Assembly: GCF_003704095.1 (NCBI RefSeq)
Contig: NW_020843442.1
Coordinates: forward strand, 186,001 to 250,000
Direction: 5' to 3'
Length of the DNA: 64,000 bases
DNA from: Pocillopora damicornis
Lineage: Eukaryota
Shown piece by piece: positions 1 to 12,100 of this stretch. The position numbers and the translations under genes are program-made. How positions within the stretch are numbered: the stretch's first letter is position 1; the number at the start of each line of letters is the position of its first letter. Under the pieces are notes generated by a model that did no database searches, was not told the DNA's origin, and was given only the letters and a program-made list of their open reading frames with translations.

Positions 1-311
1 TCCACATTTATCTATTCAACGAGACTCTCGGGAAAACAAAAATACGAAAAATTGTTTCCCTCACCAGATATTTAAGTACTTAAATTTATTGTTATATATC
101 TGACTGGGTGATTGTAATAATTAATTGACTATAACTAGGTGGGAAAACTTTGTTGATATAAAAACTAAAAGGTAATTCGATGCGGATTGTTTTGTACTTT
201 ACAATTCACCGTAGGAGACGACTGATTGAGAGAAAAACTACAGAAGGAGCAGATACTTATTTTAATCGCAATTATATATACAAGTATGCGACTTAAAAGC
301 TCAGAATTTAC

Positions 312-360
312 CTGTTATTAATGCAACTTTGCCTGCGAAAGACATCCCTCCCGCCGCCAT
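312..360 (-). CDS. Exon 1 of a second short-chain dehydrogenase/reductase (FabG-like) paralogue; rest of gene lies left of the window
   Basis: ATG at 360 gives MAAGGMSFAGKVALIT-G followed by a GTAAA donor. The 49-nt phase-1 exon has the same length and phase as exon 1 of the SDR at 6515-6563 (MSEQERSFIGKVALIT-G). Confidence 0.85.
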
Positions 361-1797
361 TTTGGATTTTTCCAGTTGTTGAATCGCTCTTACATCGAGA
401 AGTGTGGATGGACTGGAGAATAAAGGTTTGCGGAACGAAACAAAAAAATGCACCAGCTCCAAAAAACACAACCTTAGATCATGAGAAACCATAAAAAAAC
501 GAAGATGATGAAAACTGAAAAAAAAAAAGAACACAACAAAACTAAGGAATAAGACGGAAAATAAATACGCAGAAGTGGAATGTATGATAATACAGAATCC
601 TTAGCTGTTTTCTTTTGTCACGCAATGACGTGTTCCCAACGAGTTGCGTGTCATTCCCAAAAACGACATTTACCTCAAGATTTAATTCTCAGTTACCTTG
701 AGTCAAATTACATGAAACTTAAAAAGGTTAAAATTGTTGTTCAGCAATCTTCTTGGTTATAAAGTTTTCGAAAGAGAATGGAGGACTTAACTGATACTAT
801 TCAAACTACCAGGATCCAACAACTTTTTGTTGGGCACTAGCTACAACCTTAAAGTAGTATGTAGGGAAGGATTTCACGAGAAAAGGGTTAAGGGAGACCG
901 TAACTGACTTATTGGCCGATATGGTTCTTAAGGTGTATTCGGTCTTTTTATCTTTCAATTTCGTCGAGGGAGAACAAAAGACAGTATTTATTTACCAAGA
1001 AAACTTGAAGGCGAAAGAGATCTACACTTCCCAAACTTAAAGGAGCAATTCATAAACGCACCCAGGGCTGTCCGCCCGGGCGCACCCATTGAAGCACTTG
1101 AGCTGATGATCCTTCGCAAATATTCGTTTACAAATCTTACAATTATGATGTGCGCACAACTTGGTTGGCCAAAAAATGGTCAAGGTCATGGAATTTTCTC
1201 GTCTCTCAAATGATGCAGCGAGTTGAAGTTGAAATGATAACTTAGTGGCGACTGTGATGTTCCTCGATAACTTATCAGTCAACTGAAGCCCATGTTTAAA
1301 GGTTGTCCTCGCGTCGTGCTGAACCGTAAGGCATTGTCATACAGTGGAAACATCTTTGGTCCCTCCCGAAAAAATGCTTCAAGAACATTTGTATGTTTTA
1401 CCGTCATTTAGGCGAGCCCTTCTTTCTGGGGACACTTTTCCTAGTCTCTAGGGCATAAATGCGCCTTTGAAGACTGCGGAAATCGACGAGTGAAGACCCT
1501 TTAATTTCAACAAGAATATTTGCTGTCTGAAATCCGGCACCCTGCAATTACAACCACCGTTTCCAATGCGCAATAAATAATTGGATTTTTATTTTGTCGA
1601 TGCCAGAGAGAAAAACGATTTGAATAAAACTCGCGACTATGTCTTATCATTGACATTGGTAAATCATGTGAGGTTCTGCTTATAGTGCTACAATTACAGA
1701 GACTTATCTTTCTATTCAAACTTTCCACCCTTCGCTCCCGAAGAAATGTAACAAGCTTTAATAATTTATAAGCAGGAGCATTCAGTTTGTATTTCTT

Positions 1798-4700
1798 TCA
1801 TCTCGGACACATGGCATGTCTTCCTCCATCAACAGGCAACGAAGCACCTGTCATGAAAGACGATTCACTGGATGCAAGGAAAGCAATTACACTCGATACT
1901 TCATCCACATTTCCTGGTCTTCCCAAGGCGTGAGTTTGTTTGCAACGTTCTAGAAACTGCACAAAAGAACAAAAAAGTTTTAAAACAAAACAAATTCGAC
2001 CATCAAGTCCACAGTATACTTGCGTATTAGTTTTTGGCTCTGGGACTTTGGAACGACAGTCAGTAGCAAAATTGCTTATGACGCTGAGCAAAAAGAGACC
2101 GTTCCTTTTATTTTCCAATTTCTCTGCCCTCTCTACTCCAAAACAACATTTAACTCCGGCCAGAGGGGGAGCAACACCATTAACCATCTCGCCCATACCT
2201 TGGTCAACTCGCCACACCGCTAGAGATGACCGGGTACTATGCGCGATGTTTGAACTCTAATGGAGGGTAAAGTTACCTTTGCGTAAGCCTCGTCATCCAT
2301 ACCTCCCCGTTTATGAATTTCAGTGATTATTACTCCAGGGCTGCAAATGAAAACAGAAGTATCACAGCAGATAAAGATACCACAGCTAAAATTGAGTTCA
2401 AAGATTAGAGAGAAAACATCACTTCTGCAAGTTTGTCTGTTGTTTTTTTTTTTTAAAGGACTACTTTTCTTTTCTTTTTACAATTTGATCGTTGAAGCAT
2501 TCACGACTTTTTTATAGTAATACATAGACAATTCTCTGAAATCCGTTACCTACTGTGTCTTAGAGGGAAAAACCTCGCAAGATGTTTAAGTAAAATTCAA
2601 CTGAGCTTCGTCAAAACCAAAGTAGTTATGACGACCAACGAGAAACCAATGAAAATACACGGCACGAAGAAACAATCTGTTCGAAGCGCGGCAAATGTGA
2701 GGCTGAGAAAGTAGCCAAAATTTTCTTTGTCAATCAGTGAGTAAGGTAAAGCAAACAAATACTATCCCGATTACTTGGAGCGCTTCTCGATGGAGTGTCA
2801 TCAAACCAAAACAAAAGTTATAACGAAGGGCAATCAGAAGAAAGGAAATTATCTTTAAACACCAACGAGAACTCAAAGTTAAACAGAACGAACAGTCTAA
2901 AGCGCGGGAAGCTGCGAGCGACCAAGTCGTGATTGGTTTCAGTTTCGCATCATCTGATTGGTTCAGAGAGCGGCACAAGTTATAAGGACCACATAGTAAA
3001 GTAAAGCAAAAACAGAGCAATCCCGGATTCTTTCGACACTGTATTAAAAAATTGCTCTAAGAGAGTCATTTGAAAATTGCTCTACGACTTGTTTTAATTA
3101 CACACTCCGCTTACATGGGGTTGGGGACAGAGTGATAAGGTTATGTAAGGGGAAAGACAGTTAAAGTTTTCTTACTTTCCTGTTTTTGTATAACATTTCG
3201 ATTATATTTTAATCTGTTATTAATTAAAAATCACTTACTTGACTGAGTTGCATCGAACGTTTTTTGATGCAAGTTCTGAAAATAACATGACAATTAAAAT
3301 ATTAGAAGAAATGCTCTAAATCACTCAGAGGCTTGAAAGCTCCTCTGTAAAATAGTGTCTTAAGTGAGCTGATAAAATGTAATATGCTGCTGCTTCTACA
3401 AGTTGCAGGTGAGTGTTTCCCTACATAATTTTTGATATTTGTTATCTCTCAGTCTTTTAATTAGTTACAATGCAGCTCAGAGATAAGGAGACCAAAATGT
3501 GCAAAGTATAACTTGAATGGTACATGCACAAGACTATATGTATATTAGTATTGACATACCAGTGAATCCATCTATACTCATAATTCTTGTATTTACCCAA
3601 ACTGAGATGTTTTGGTTCATATCTACCAGTAAGTTAACAAGACCACTAAGGTCTTGTTAACAAGACCACTAAGAAAAGACCTGTTAAGTAGCTTGACCCT
3701 AAATAAATCAGAGGACACACAAATAAAAAGCTATAATGTTATACAGGGTGGTTTGCGAATAGTTGTGGTATTATTTTGCAACTCTCACCAAGTGCAACAC
3801 ATCTTGTAAATTGATCAACAGCACTTTTAGACATGTTGTAGGCAAGCACTCCAGGAAACTACAGAGACAGTAAAAAAAACTCAGTATTCCTTGTTTTTTG
3901 GTTTTTTAAAGCAGCCTTTCAATAACGGACATCATGTCCCAAACAGAAAAACAAGACACTGCATCTTTATTAATGATACAAATCTGTTGTGCATACATGA
4001 CTTTCAAGCAAGAGGCAAAAATGGTGTGGTGAGGAAGTTATTTTTCTGTAAATCAAAGGAGTGTTCTTGCAACCAGGGCGACTTCAATCATGCAAACCAG
4101 GTATAATACAATAGACACATGATAAAAAGTTGATCTAAAAAAGCATAAAAATTTCTTTGTTGTTATTCAGCAATTTGATGAACTCACCGATCTCATGCCA
4201 TTCACACTGGAAACATTCACAATGCAACCTAGAGCAAGAATGGCAAAGCGTTGAATATTTCATTCATAACTTTTGTGCCCAATTTACCTATCAAAACTTT
4301 CATTTAGAATTGCAGTAGCTGATAATATTTTTACCTTGTGTTTGAATGAGGTAAGGCACTGCCAGTGATGTCAAGTAGAAAACAGCCCTAAAGGTTAAGC
4401 CAAGAAACGACAATTTACTTCATTGATAAAACAATCACATGTTTAAAGCAAGGAAAAGTGCATAAGGAACATGACTACTGAGGAGAGACAAATAACTGTC
4501 TCAGTGATGGAGGGGGCTTATTCATCAAGGGATGTGGGAACAGGATCTAATAGACAGGGAGCACTAAAACATCGTTGAACAATGTTTCACAATTCTTCTG
4601 AAGAAAGCTGGGAAAAACTCTCCAGATTTTCTTTAGGGGTAACAGGAACAAGCCAAGGTTCAGGAACTTGAAACTTGTCAAGATTTTCTTTGATGAGTTC

Positions 4701-6563
4701 TATTTTTTCCACAAAAAGGACCCATTAAAAAGTGTTTTTGATAGCATCTCAGAATGATTGAATTTTCTTGATTTTTTTAATCTGTCAAGTTTTTACTGGT
4801 AGTAATTCCAAACTAACAGTAAGTTCCTGGCCAGAAATTTCTAACATTTTATTTGCCTTGCACTTGACTGAAATCTGGTGTACCTATGATACATAAGGTG
4901 CCAAAGTGCTTGCGCAGAAGAAAATAAAGGAATTTAATCACCTCATATTGATTCTCATAACCTTGTCAAAGTCTTCCAGTGAAGTCGTTTCTATGGTCCC
5001 AGGTATAACTATCCCAGCATTGTTGACCTGTACGGAGATTAAACATCTATGATCACTGAGGTTATTAATTGGCAGAAGCAGCCTTAAGATATCATTATCC
5101 TCATCTTTTACTCACCCATTATCTTAAAAGGTTATCTGTTACTCAGTTGTCGATCAATGATAACAGGTTATCTTTGATGCTCAGTCATCATACCATTCAA
5201 ATCAGATGTTTCCTAATTCCTAATTTCCATTATCACTAGACAAGTGTAATAATTTATTGCTACTCTTGAGACTATATGCCAAGTGGTAAGTTATTTTCTT
5301 GTCCTGCTCAGAAAGAAAAATGACCCTGCAGGCATTTCCTATAATCAACAAGTTAACCCTAAAACCACTAAGACTGATTGGCATCTAGTTTCTCCTAACA
5401 GTATCACTGCTGAATCAAACTTAAAGGTCATGAGAATGGAGGAAATGATTTAAAACTAGAGAGTCTCTTGATAGCTAGGTGAACAAATTCTCCATTTCAG
5501 CACTATAAGAAATGCACAGAGAACAGTATGAAGAATATAGATACCCATGTCAGGGTTCAAAGGGATAAAATTTTCCATAGAGATTATAGTAAGAAAGACA
5601 CGTGTACACTTACCAGAATATCCAATTTTCCAAATTCTTTGATGGTCGCTTCAAAAAGAGCTTTCACATCTTCATCTTTCTCTAGATCGCCTTGCACTGA
5701 CAGAACCTAAATTAAATTATATCATTTCATCAGCCATGAGAATGACAATTTTTATCTCAACAAACCCAACTCCGTGGTAATCAAGGCTGTAGTTGTTACC
5801 TGGGCATCAGCTCTAATTTCTTTGCATTTGGCCACCACTTTGTCAAGTTCATCTTTGTTTCTTCCTCCAAAAGCTACACTGCATCCAAGTTTGGACAACA
5901 AAAGAACTGTTCCTTTACCAATACCTGAACTTCCACCTGAACACACCAAAAGTCACCAGTTACGTGTCAAATTAATCTGACCATTTCATCAAAATCAAGT
6001 TATTAGACCTTAACATGGTTTCTCAAAAAAAACCTTCCAAATATAATAAGATAGACAACCACTATGTCAAAACCGATTCATTTTCAAACTCTTCCATCCT
6101 ATTGATCTGTTCCAGTTTGTTTGTTGGCATCAGCCCCTTCAGTGGGGAGGGAAGGGTAGGACACACCTATCACATCCCCCCTTCCCTGACTGGGTATCAC
6201 CTCAACTGAAATATTAACTTGCCTGGATCTCTCTCATTTCCCCTGAAGTAAGAGCCTCAAATTATGGAATTTTGATAATTATGATAGTAAATTCAAAGAA
6301 AATACCCTCCATAGTTCGCGACTTGACTTCACTTGGGTTCGAACTTACAACCCCGAGAGGCCGTCACGTGCGCCATCGATCCAGGTAAGGTGGAGTGAAA
6401 TATTATAAATGTCCTTGATGCAGTACGCAGAATGTGGATGATTCGCCAATATAAACACTATTAAACTATAACAGTTTATCATTCCACATATGCGGAGTTA
6501 GTTTTAGGATGTACCTGTTATCAATGCTACTTTGCCAATAAATGATCTCTCTTGCTCAGACAT
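1798..6563 (-). CDS. Classical SDR, 3-oxoacyl-ACP reductase (FabG)-like, 10 exons, ~262 aa
   Basis: Exons 6563-6515, 5936-5800, 5706-5614, 5027-4942, 4387-4335, 4228-4188, 3858-3789, 3275-3239, 2340-2277, 1956-1798, all GT-AG, summing to 789 nt in frame. Motifs: TGGSSGIG (Rossmann), VNNAG, IVNVSS, catalytic YNMSK, NPG and C-terminal TGASLPVDGG. Confidence 0.93.
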
Positions 6564-6749
6564 AATGGCAGAGTTCCAGACGTGTACGGTACTCAACAAT
6601 CTGCTTACATGAAGGTTTATAATGGGTAGCTGAGCATCCGTTCCTGCCATCATTCTTGCTAACTATATCGTCGCTGAACATGCATTAAGCTGGCGGAGTA
6701 AACCTTTAAGTGTATTTCTCTCTTTTTTTCTTGATATCTGAGGGAAAAA
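6564..6749. promoter_or_regulatory. Putative compact bidirectional promoter, SDR / MRPS6
   Basis: Only 186 bp separate the divergent ATGs at 6563 (-) and 6750 (+). Confidence 0.65.
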
Positions 6750-7917
6750 ATGCCAGAATACGAGCTAGCCTTGATAGCCAAACGCCTAACAAAGGTGAGA
6801 GGATATGACTGAGTCACCCTTAAAAATGATTTTGACTAGAATTTTTTGGAGAAGCTGTAGCACCACAATAGGATGTTTTTTTCCAAAGTTTAAATTCAAG
6901 TCAAGACTTGGACTTATTTGCGTGATCAATCTTTTTGTTTGGACAGGAGGGTTTTTCTTCCATGCTTCGTCGGACAGCTTTATTCATTATAAACGAGGGA
7001 GGTGTTGTTAAGAAAATGGAAAATCTTGGAGAGCAAGAGCTGCCTCACAGAATGAGAGCGCATCATGAATGGAATACGCATGGAAGGTAGCTAGAGTCAA
7101 GCGTGCTACGTAGTAACCTAACCTCACATATTGTAGAATTTTTGTTTAAACTACTTTAAAAAAATTGCCTTTTGTTGCCAGTTATATTGTTTTTTTGGCT
7201 TAAAATTTACGGGAAACCATGTCAGCTGAATATGAATGCCTAGTTTCACGCTGGGACGAAAATAATTGTTTGATGAAATCGTACTTCCTTTCCAATAGCC
7301 AAAAGCCTTAAAGAAATAATTGCCTTTAAATTAATGACATGCTCATGTGTAATCCTGTCTGGATGCATCTTGCTGAAAATGATATTCTCTTCTTGCACAG
7401 TAGTACCACTATTTTGGTGGTGAGACCTTGTTGCATTTGGTCTGCATACTTACAACCTTGGTTAACATTCTCCGACATTAATCTTCCCTTTAGTTTTGAT
7501 AAGAGCTATGTAACTGAAACTCCTATAGGAACTGAAAAATACCTTTTTCTTTTAAGCTATTCACTTGTGAGAGGGAACTAGTCCTCGAAACACCTCCATA
7601 TTAAAAGATATAACATTTGTAAATTCTCATCACTAATCTGACTTTTGAACACTCCCCATACATAAAAGGGCTAACATGTATTCAGAGTATAGCTGTTTAG
7701 CTTCTTTTAATTCCTCTCTCTCTGTTTTTCCAGATACTTCTTAATAAACTTTATCTTGGGAGCAGATGGAGTCAAACAACTGAAACGTGAGCTGGAAACA
7801 GACTTAGACCTCATTCGGCCAAGATTAGTGAAAGTTAGAAGCTGCTATGAACCAAAGAAAAAGCCACTTAACACTATAGAATGTTGGAACAGTTACAGAC
7901 CTCCTTACAACACATAG
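6750..7917 (+). CDS. MRPS6: Mitochondrial small-subunit ribosomal protein S6 (bS6m), 3 exons, ~122 aa
   Basis: Exons 6750-6794, 6947-7086 and 7734-7917 (369 nt, GT-AG) translate MPEYELALIAKRLTK/EGFSSMLRRTALFIINEGGVVKKMENLGEQELPHRMRAHHEWNTHGR/YFLINF...ELETDLDLIRPRLVK. This matches the S6 pattern MPxYEL...GGxV..xENLGxxxLPY...GxYF...DxDxIR. Not in the ORF track. Confidence 0.92.
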
Positions 7918-9169
7918 TTACAGCATTTGTGCTTGTACACACTCACATACAAATATCAGAGGAGTTTCTTCAGGTGTTCATTTCTTAATTGAAATTTGCA
8001 TTCATTCTTGGGAGTACTGTTGATTGGTGTAAATTTTGACATTCCAGTGAAGTGTTTCATTGTAAAAATGAGTCAAATTTAAAGAAAGGACTAAGACGTA
8101 AGCTTGAAAGGGGTAATTGGTGGGGTCGGTGACAATCAATGGTTTTGAGAGTCTGGATTCTAAATCGTTTCACTTCCAATATCCAAAAACCATTTCCCTG
8201 TCTGTTGTACACTTCTTGATTTTTAAGTTTTGAGAATTTGTTGTAAAACTAGACATAGTCCCTTGGTTGATATTTTTCTATCTTTTTGTGACCTCTCAGC
8301 ATGAGAATTAATACATATTGTAGGAAGAAATTTCTTTTTGGTTGCTGCTACTTTTAGGAGTGAAAGGGTTAAATAGAATTAAGGCTGAAAATTTTACTCT
8401 TTCACCTGTGACATGTTTTGCTATATGATGCTAGATTTTCATTCCTGGGTGTTCAGACCTTTTTTCTTAAATGATACCCAAGCAGGAAATCAGTTTTGCC
8501 ATCTTATGGATACAAATGAAATATTTGAAAAGAATATACAGAAAACCTCTAAGGAAGCTTGGAAGTGACAAGCATGTGAAACTTTTTTCATGTTATAATA
8601 TTTGCTTGCACATGAAAATAAATCATACATGTATACCCCTTATAGGGAAATAAAGTAGTCTTAAATATTGCTTGAAACTTTCAAAAGCTCATGATTTACG
8701 TTTGGTGGCCTCTCGATGAGTCCATCCATGAATATCTTCCTTCCTTTATTTTAATTCATTTTAAAACTTTTTCTACTCGTGATATCCATTCCTACGCGTA
8801 GCTTTTAAATGTCGATTGTCAGCGCGTGTGACTATAAGAGGGCCAAAGATAGGCTGTCCCAAATATTGGCAAAGAAACATTCAAGCAGAATAAAGACCTT
8901 TTATCTTGTAGGGAACATAGAAGAATTTCTCTATCGGCCCTTAGCTTACAAATCTTTACATGCAGGGCAACACGCAATCTCTACGCTCGCTTTGCCTTCT
9001 TTAGTACCGTGGTGTTATGCTGACCTTTCACTCTCATGAGAGAGAAGTTTCTTCACTTCCGCTTTTGATTTTTCAAAGCCGAAACGGAAGCTATCAAATG
9101 ACCCAATGAAGAAATTTAAGTCAGACGCTGTACAATTCGCCCATTTCTACATTCTGACAAGCTGCCATC

Positions 9170-12100
9170 ATGAAAGCTCAAACTCAAAGGAGCTGTTCCA
9201 ACCTTTCAATCATTTCTATTGCATCTATCTTGTTTTACTGTGCTGGATTTTTGAGAACTGAAATGGAACTAAGCAATCAGAGGAAGAAAATAACGGCTCT
9301 TGAACACTTTGTACACGCTATGAAAGTCCACGAAGGGTTAATCCAAGGTACCCCAGCTGGTAGGTATTGCAAAGGAACTGTATTATTTGTTGATTTAGAA
9401 AAGCTTAGCTTAAATTTTCCAAGTTTGTCACTCGCAATTTGTCATAATCTTTGCCATCCTTTCCCATTTTTGTACCTACGTGGTTTATTATTACCGTTTC
9501 GGAGTCTGTCAACCCTATGAGACATTTCTTCAAGATTTTTGTCTATTTCGGGGCAGATCTCCGTAACGATAAAATGACTCGAATATCGTGAAGTAACCTG
9601 ACTTAGCTGCTTATGTCGTCAAACAATTCAAGTGAAGTAACAGACTACGTGTGTGTCATAATCACACGATAAGATTTTCTTCGTCGCTAACGCTAAAGAA
9701 GCTTTTCTTATTCGGCAGTTCTGTTCCAATTACAAACCAATTTCGAATAACCCGGCGCGCGACAGCACTTAGTTTCAGACGCATCAAAACCTTAACGACG
9801 AATTTTTGAAAGGCTTGGTTTCCGTTTTCCAAGCAGAACCGTCCGAGTACTTAGTTTCCATTAAGAAACTTCTTAGTAGCTCATAAATACGGGGAAAGTC
9901 ACATGACACCAAAAAGTAAAAGCTATACACAGGAAGAGACAGTGAAATGTCACACTGACACACTTAAACCGAAACTCGGGGTTGAAATCAATGCTGCTTA
10001 ACAGGCAGCAGCGACTCTGGCATCATTTCATCTCAAAAGGGGTATCGAATGGAGTATGCGAGCAATGTGTTTATTTTTGCGAGCACGAACAGTTGTCAAA
10101 TTTTTTTTGCGAGCAGCGAGCACTTTAGAAAATACAGATGGCGAGCAGTGAGCACTTAAGAAAAATGCAGATGGCGAGCAGCGAGCACTACGAGTACTTC
10201 GTGAATTTTCCGCCAGCCGGAATCTCTCTTTTGTCAATAGGAAAAGCTGTAGAACCCGATACGTTGTTTTGCGCCAGTAATAGCTAATAATCTGGCTGAC
10301 ACCTACAAAACAGAACAATAGATGCAAAGCTAGGGCGGTGCAACCAGTCCCAGCATTTTACAGCCAACTGTGCCCTGCTTGATGCTAAATTACGTCACGT
10401 AGCTTCACGTGAGTCAATCAGGGTGGACGCTCAAAAAACTTTAGAGCTCTCAAGGAGATCTGCTAGATCCAAAGCCTGCGATCTAAAGTTTTCCATCTCT
10501 TTCTAATCCGACGCTAAAATGGAAGGTACGTTTTTGTTGGTAATATAGTTCTTATCAAATGTAAATAACGTGACATTCAGTCTAACAAGCATTTCGGGAT
10601 CGGCAAACTGGTTTCCCGCTGATTGACTAAAAAACATTAAACGCAATGAAGCTTTATTTATTTAGAGGCTTCTAGAATCTAACCAATTACAGCCGTACAG
10701 ATCTGACAAGCTCTAGTAGTAGCTCTGAAGGTCATGCAGGTGGTGCTGGTAAAAGTAGTATTTCTCGAGGGTACTTTCTACCTTCGCTGGTGCCTTTCGA
10801 GAAGAATTCTTACATTTCGTGTTTCCGCGCGACATGGAGACATAGTTTCTAGACATGTCTCCTCGTTCACATATTTGAACTGCGAAACTGTACCCTCAAG
10901 CAGAAAGCTTACGACGATGAAACATGATAAAGGATAAACCAATAAACGAAATGCTTGTCATGGAGCTTCGTGCGTTTTCCCGATAATACATACAGCGCCT
11001 CCAAAACAGTTTCAGGCTGAACTGTTGAAGAAAGACTAAGGAGTAATTATCAGGGAAAAGAACTGAGACACGTGGTTTAGAGGAGTTGTAGGAGCAACAA
11101 AGACTTCTCACTCCTGAATCCTCCTATCTGAAAAGGTCGCTTTCGCAAAAACGACGTATCACATTTTACGTAGCACCTGTACCAAGCTATGTGCTGTGGC
11201 ACTGTTTCAGGGTCACAAGTAACTAAATTCTCTCATGGCGTACTAGCGCGAGCATAGATAGCAATTTACATAGAGAACAGCAATGAATGCGTTATAGGCG
11301 ATAAGTTTCTTGCGCTTTATCATTGAGGCATTTGATAATTATGCTCATAGTTTCAATTCCACTTCGCTCTTGAATTGCCTTTCGGTCAATTTTAAAGTAC
11401 CCATCCGATAACTTCCTGACTCCACTTAGGTTTTTTTTCTAGGATGATTCATCGGGACCATTTTACCCTGAGATAGAGAGTCCGCGACCAGAGCAAGTGT
11501 CTCGTAAGATTTCGCAAAATCAAGGTTTATTGTACTGATTCACAGAGCTATGTGTCATAGAAGTATTGCAAAGTGCTGCTCAATGATCTTTTCACGAACT
11601 ATTGACCTCAAAACATACCTCCTCAACTGTTGCAGCCACGGAAACAACGTGCGTGACAGATCACGTGCGTCCTAACAAGTTTCCATTCCATTTATCGCGC
11701 GATAATTTTCCACTTATCGCGCGATGTTTTGATTTCATCGCGCGATAAATCTCATCGCGCGATAAACTTGAATTTAAAAAAGTGGATAGCGGGTCCTCTA
11801 TGGGCCATGGTACATGAGAGAGCTTATTCGCACGCTTAGGGGTGCACTTCCATAAAATGACACAAAAGAACCAGAAATGTTTTATAACTGTGCGAGGAAT
11901 GCCGCTGAAACCTTTCACTCGTATCAAAATATTTATTTGAGGCGAAGGTTTAAAGCTTATTGCAGGCCATCCCCGCACAAATTTTGTCAACTCCCCCTTT
12001 CCGTACTTTTGTGGTAAAATCGTAAAATTTCACCTTTTTGTTCATAGAGGCTCAAATTAAATCCTACAGAAACAAGCGTAACGCTGACACGACCAGAAAC

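Noticed and set aside
1037-1282. 81-aa Cys/His-containing ORF between the SDR genes
   Set aside because: Non-ATG start, no recognisable domain or exon partners. Possibly a transposon remnant but not supportable.
10028-10327. 99-aa ORF or CRISPR-like array
   Set aside because: The ORF is a translation of GCGAGCA tandem units. There are no unique spacers or cas genes, and the context is a eukaryotic intron.
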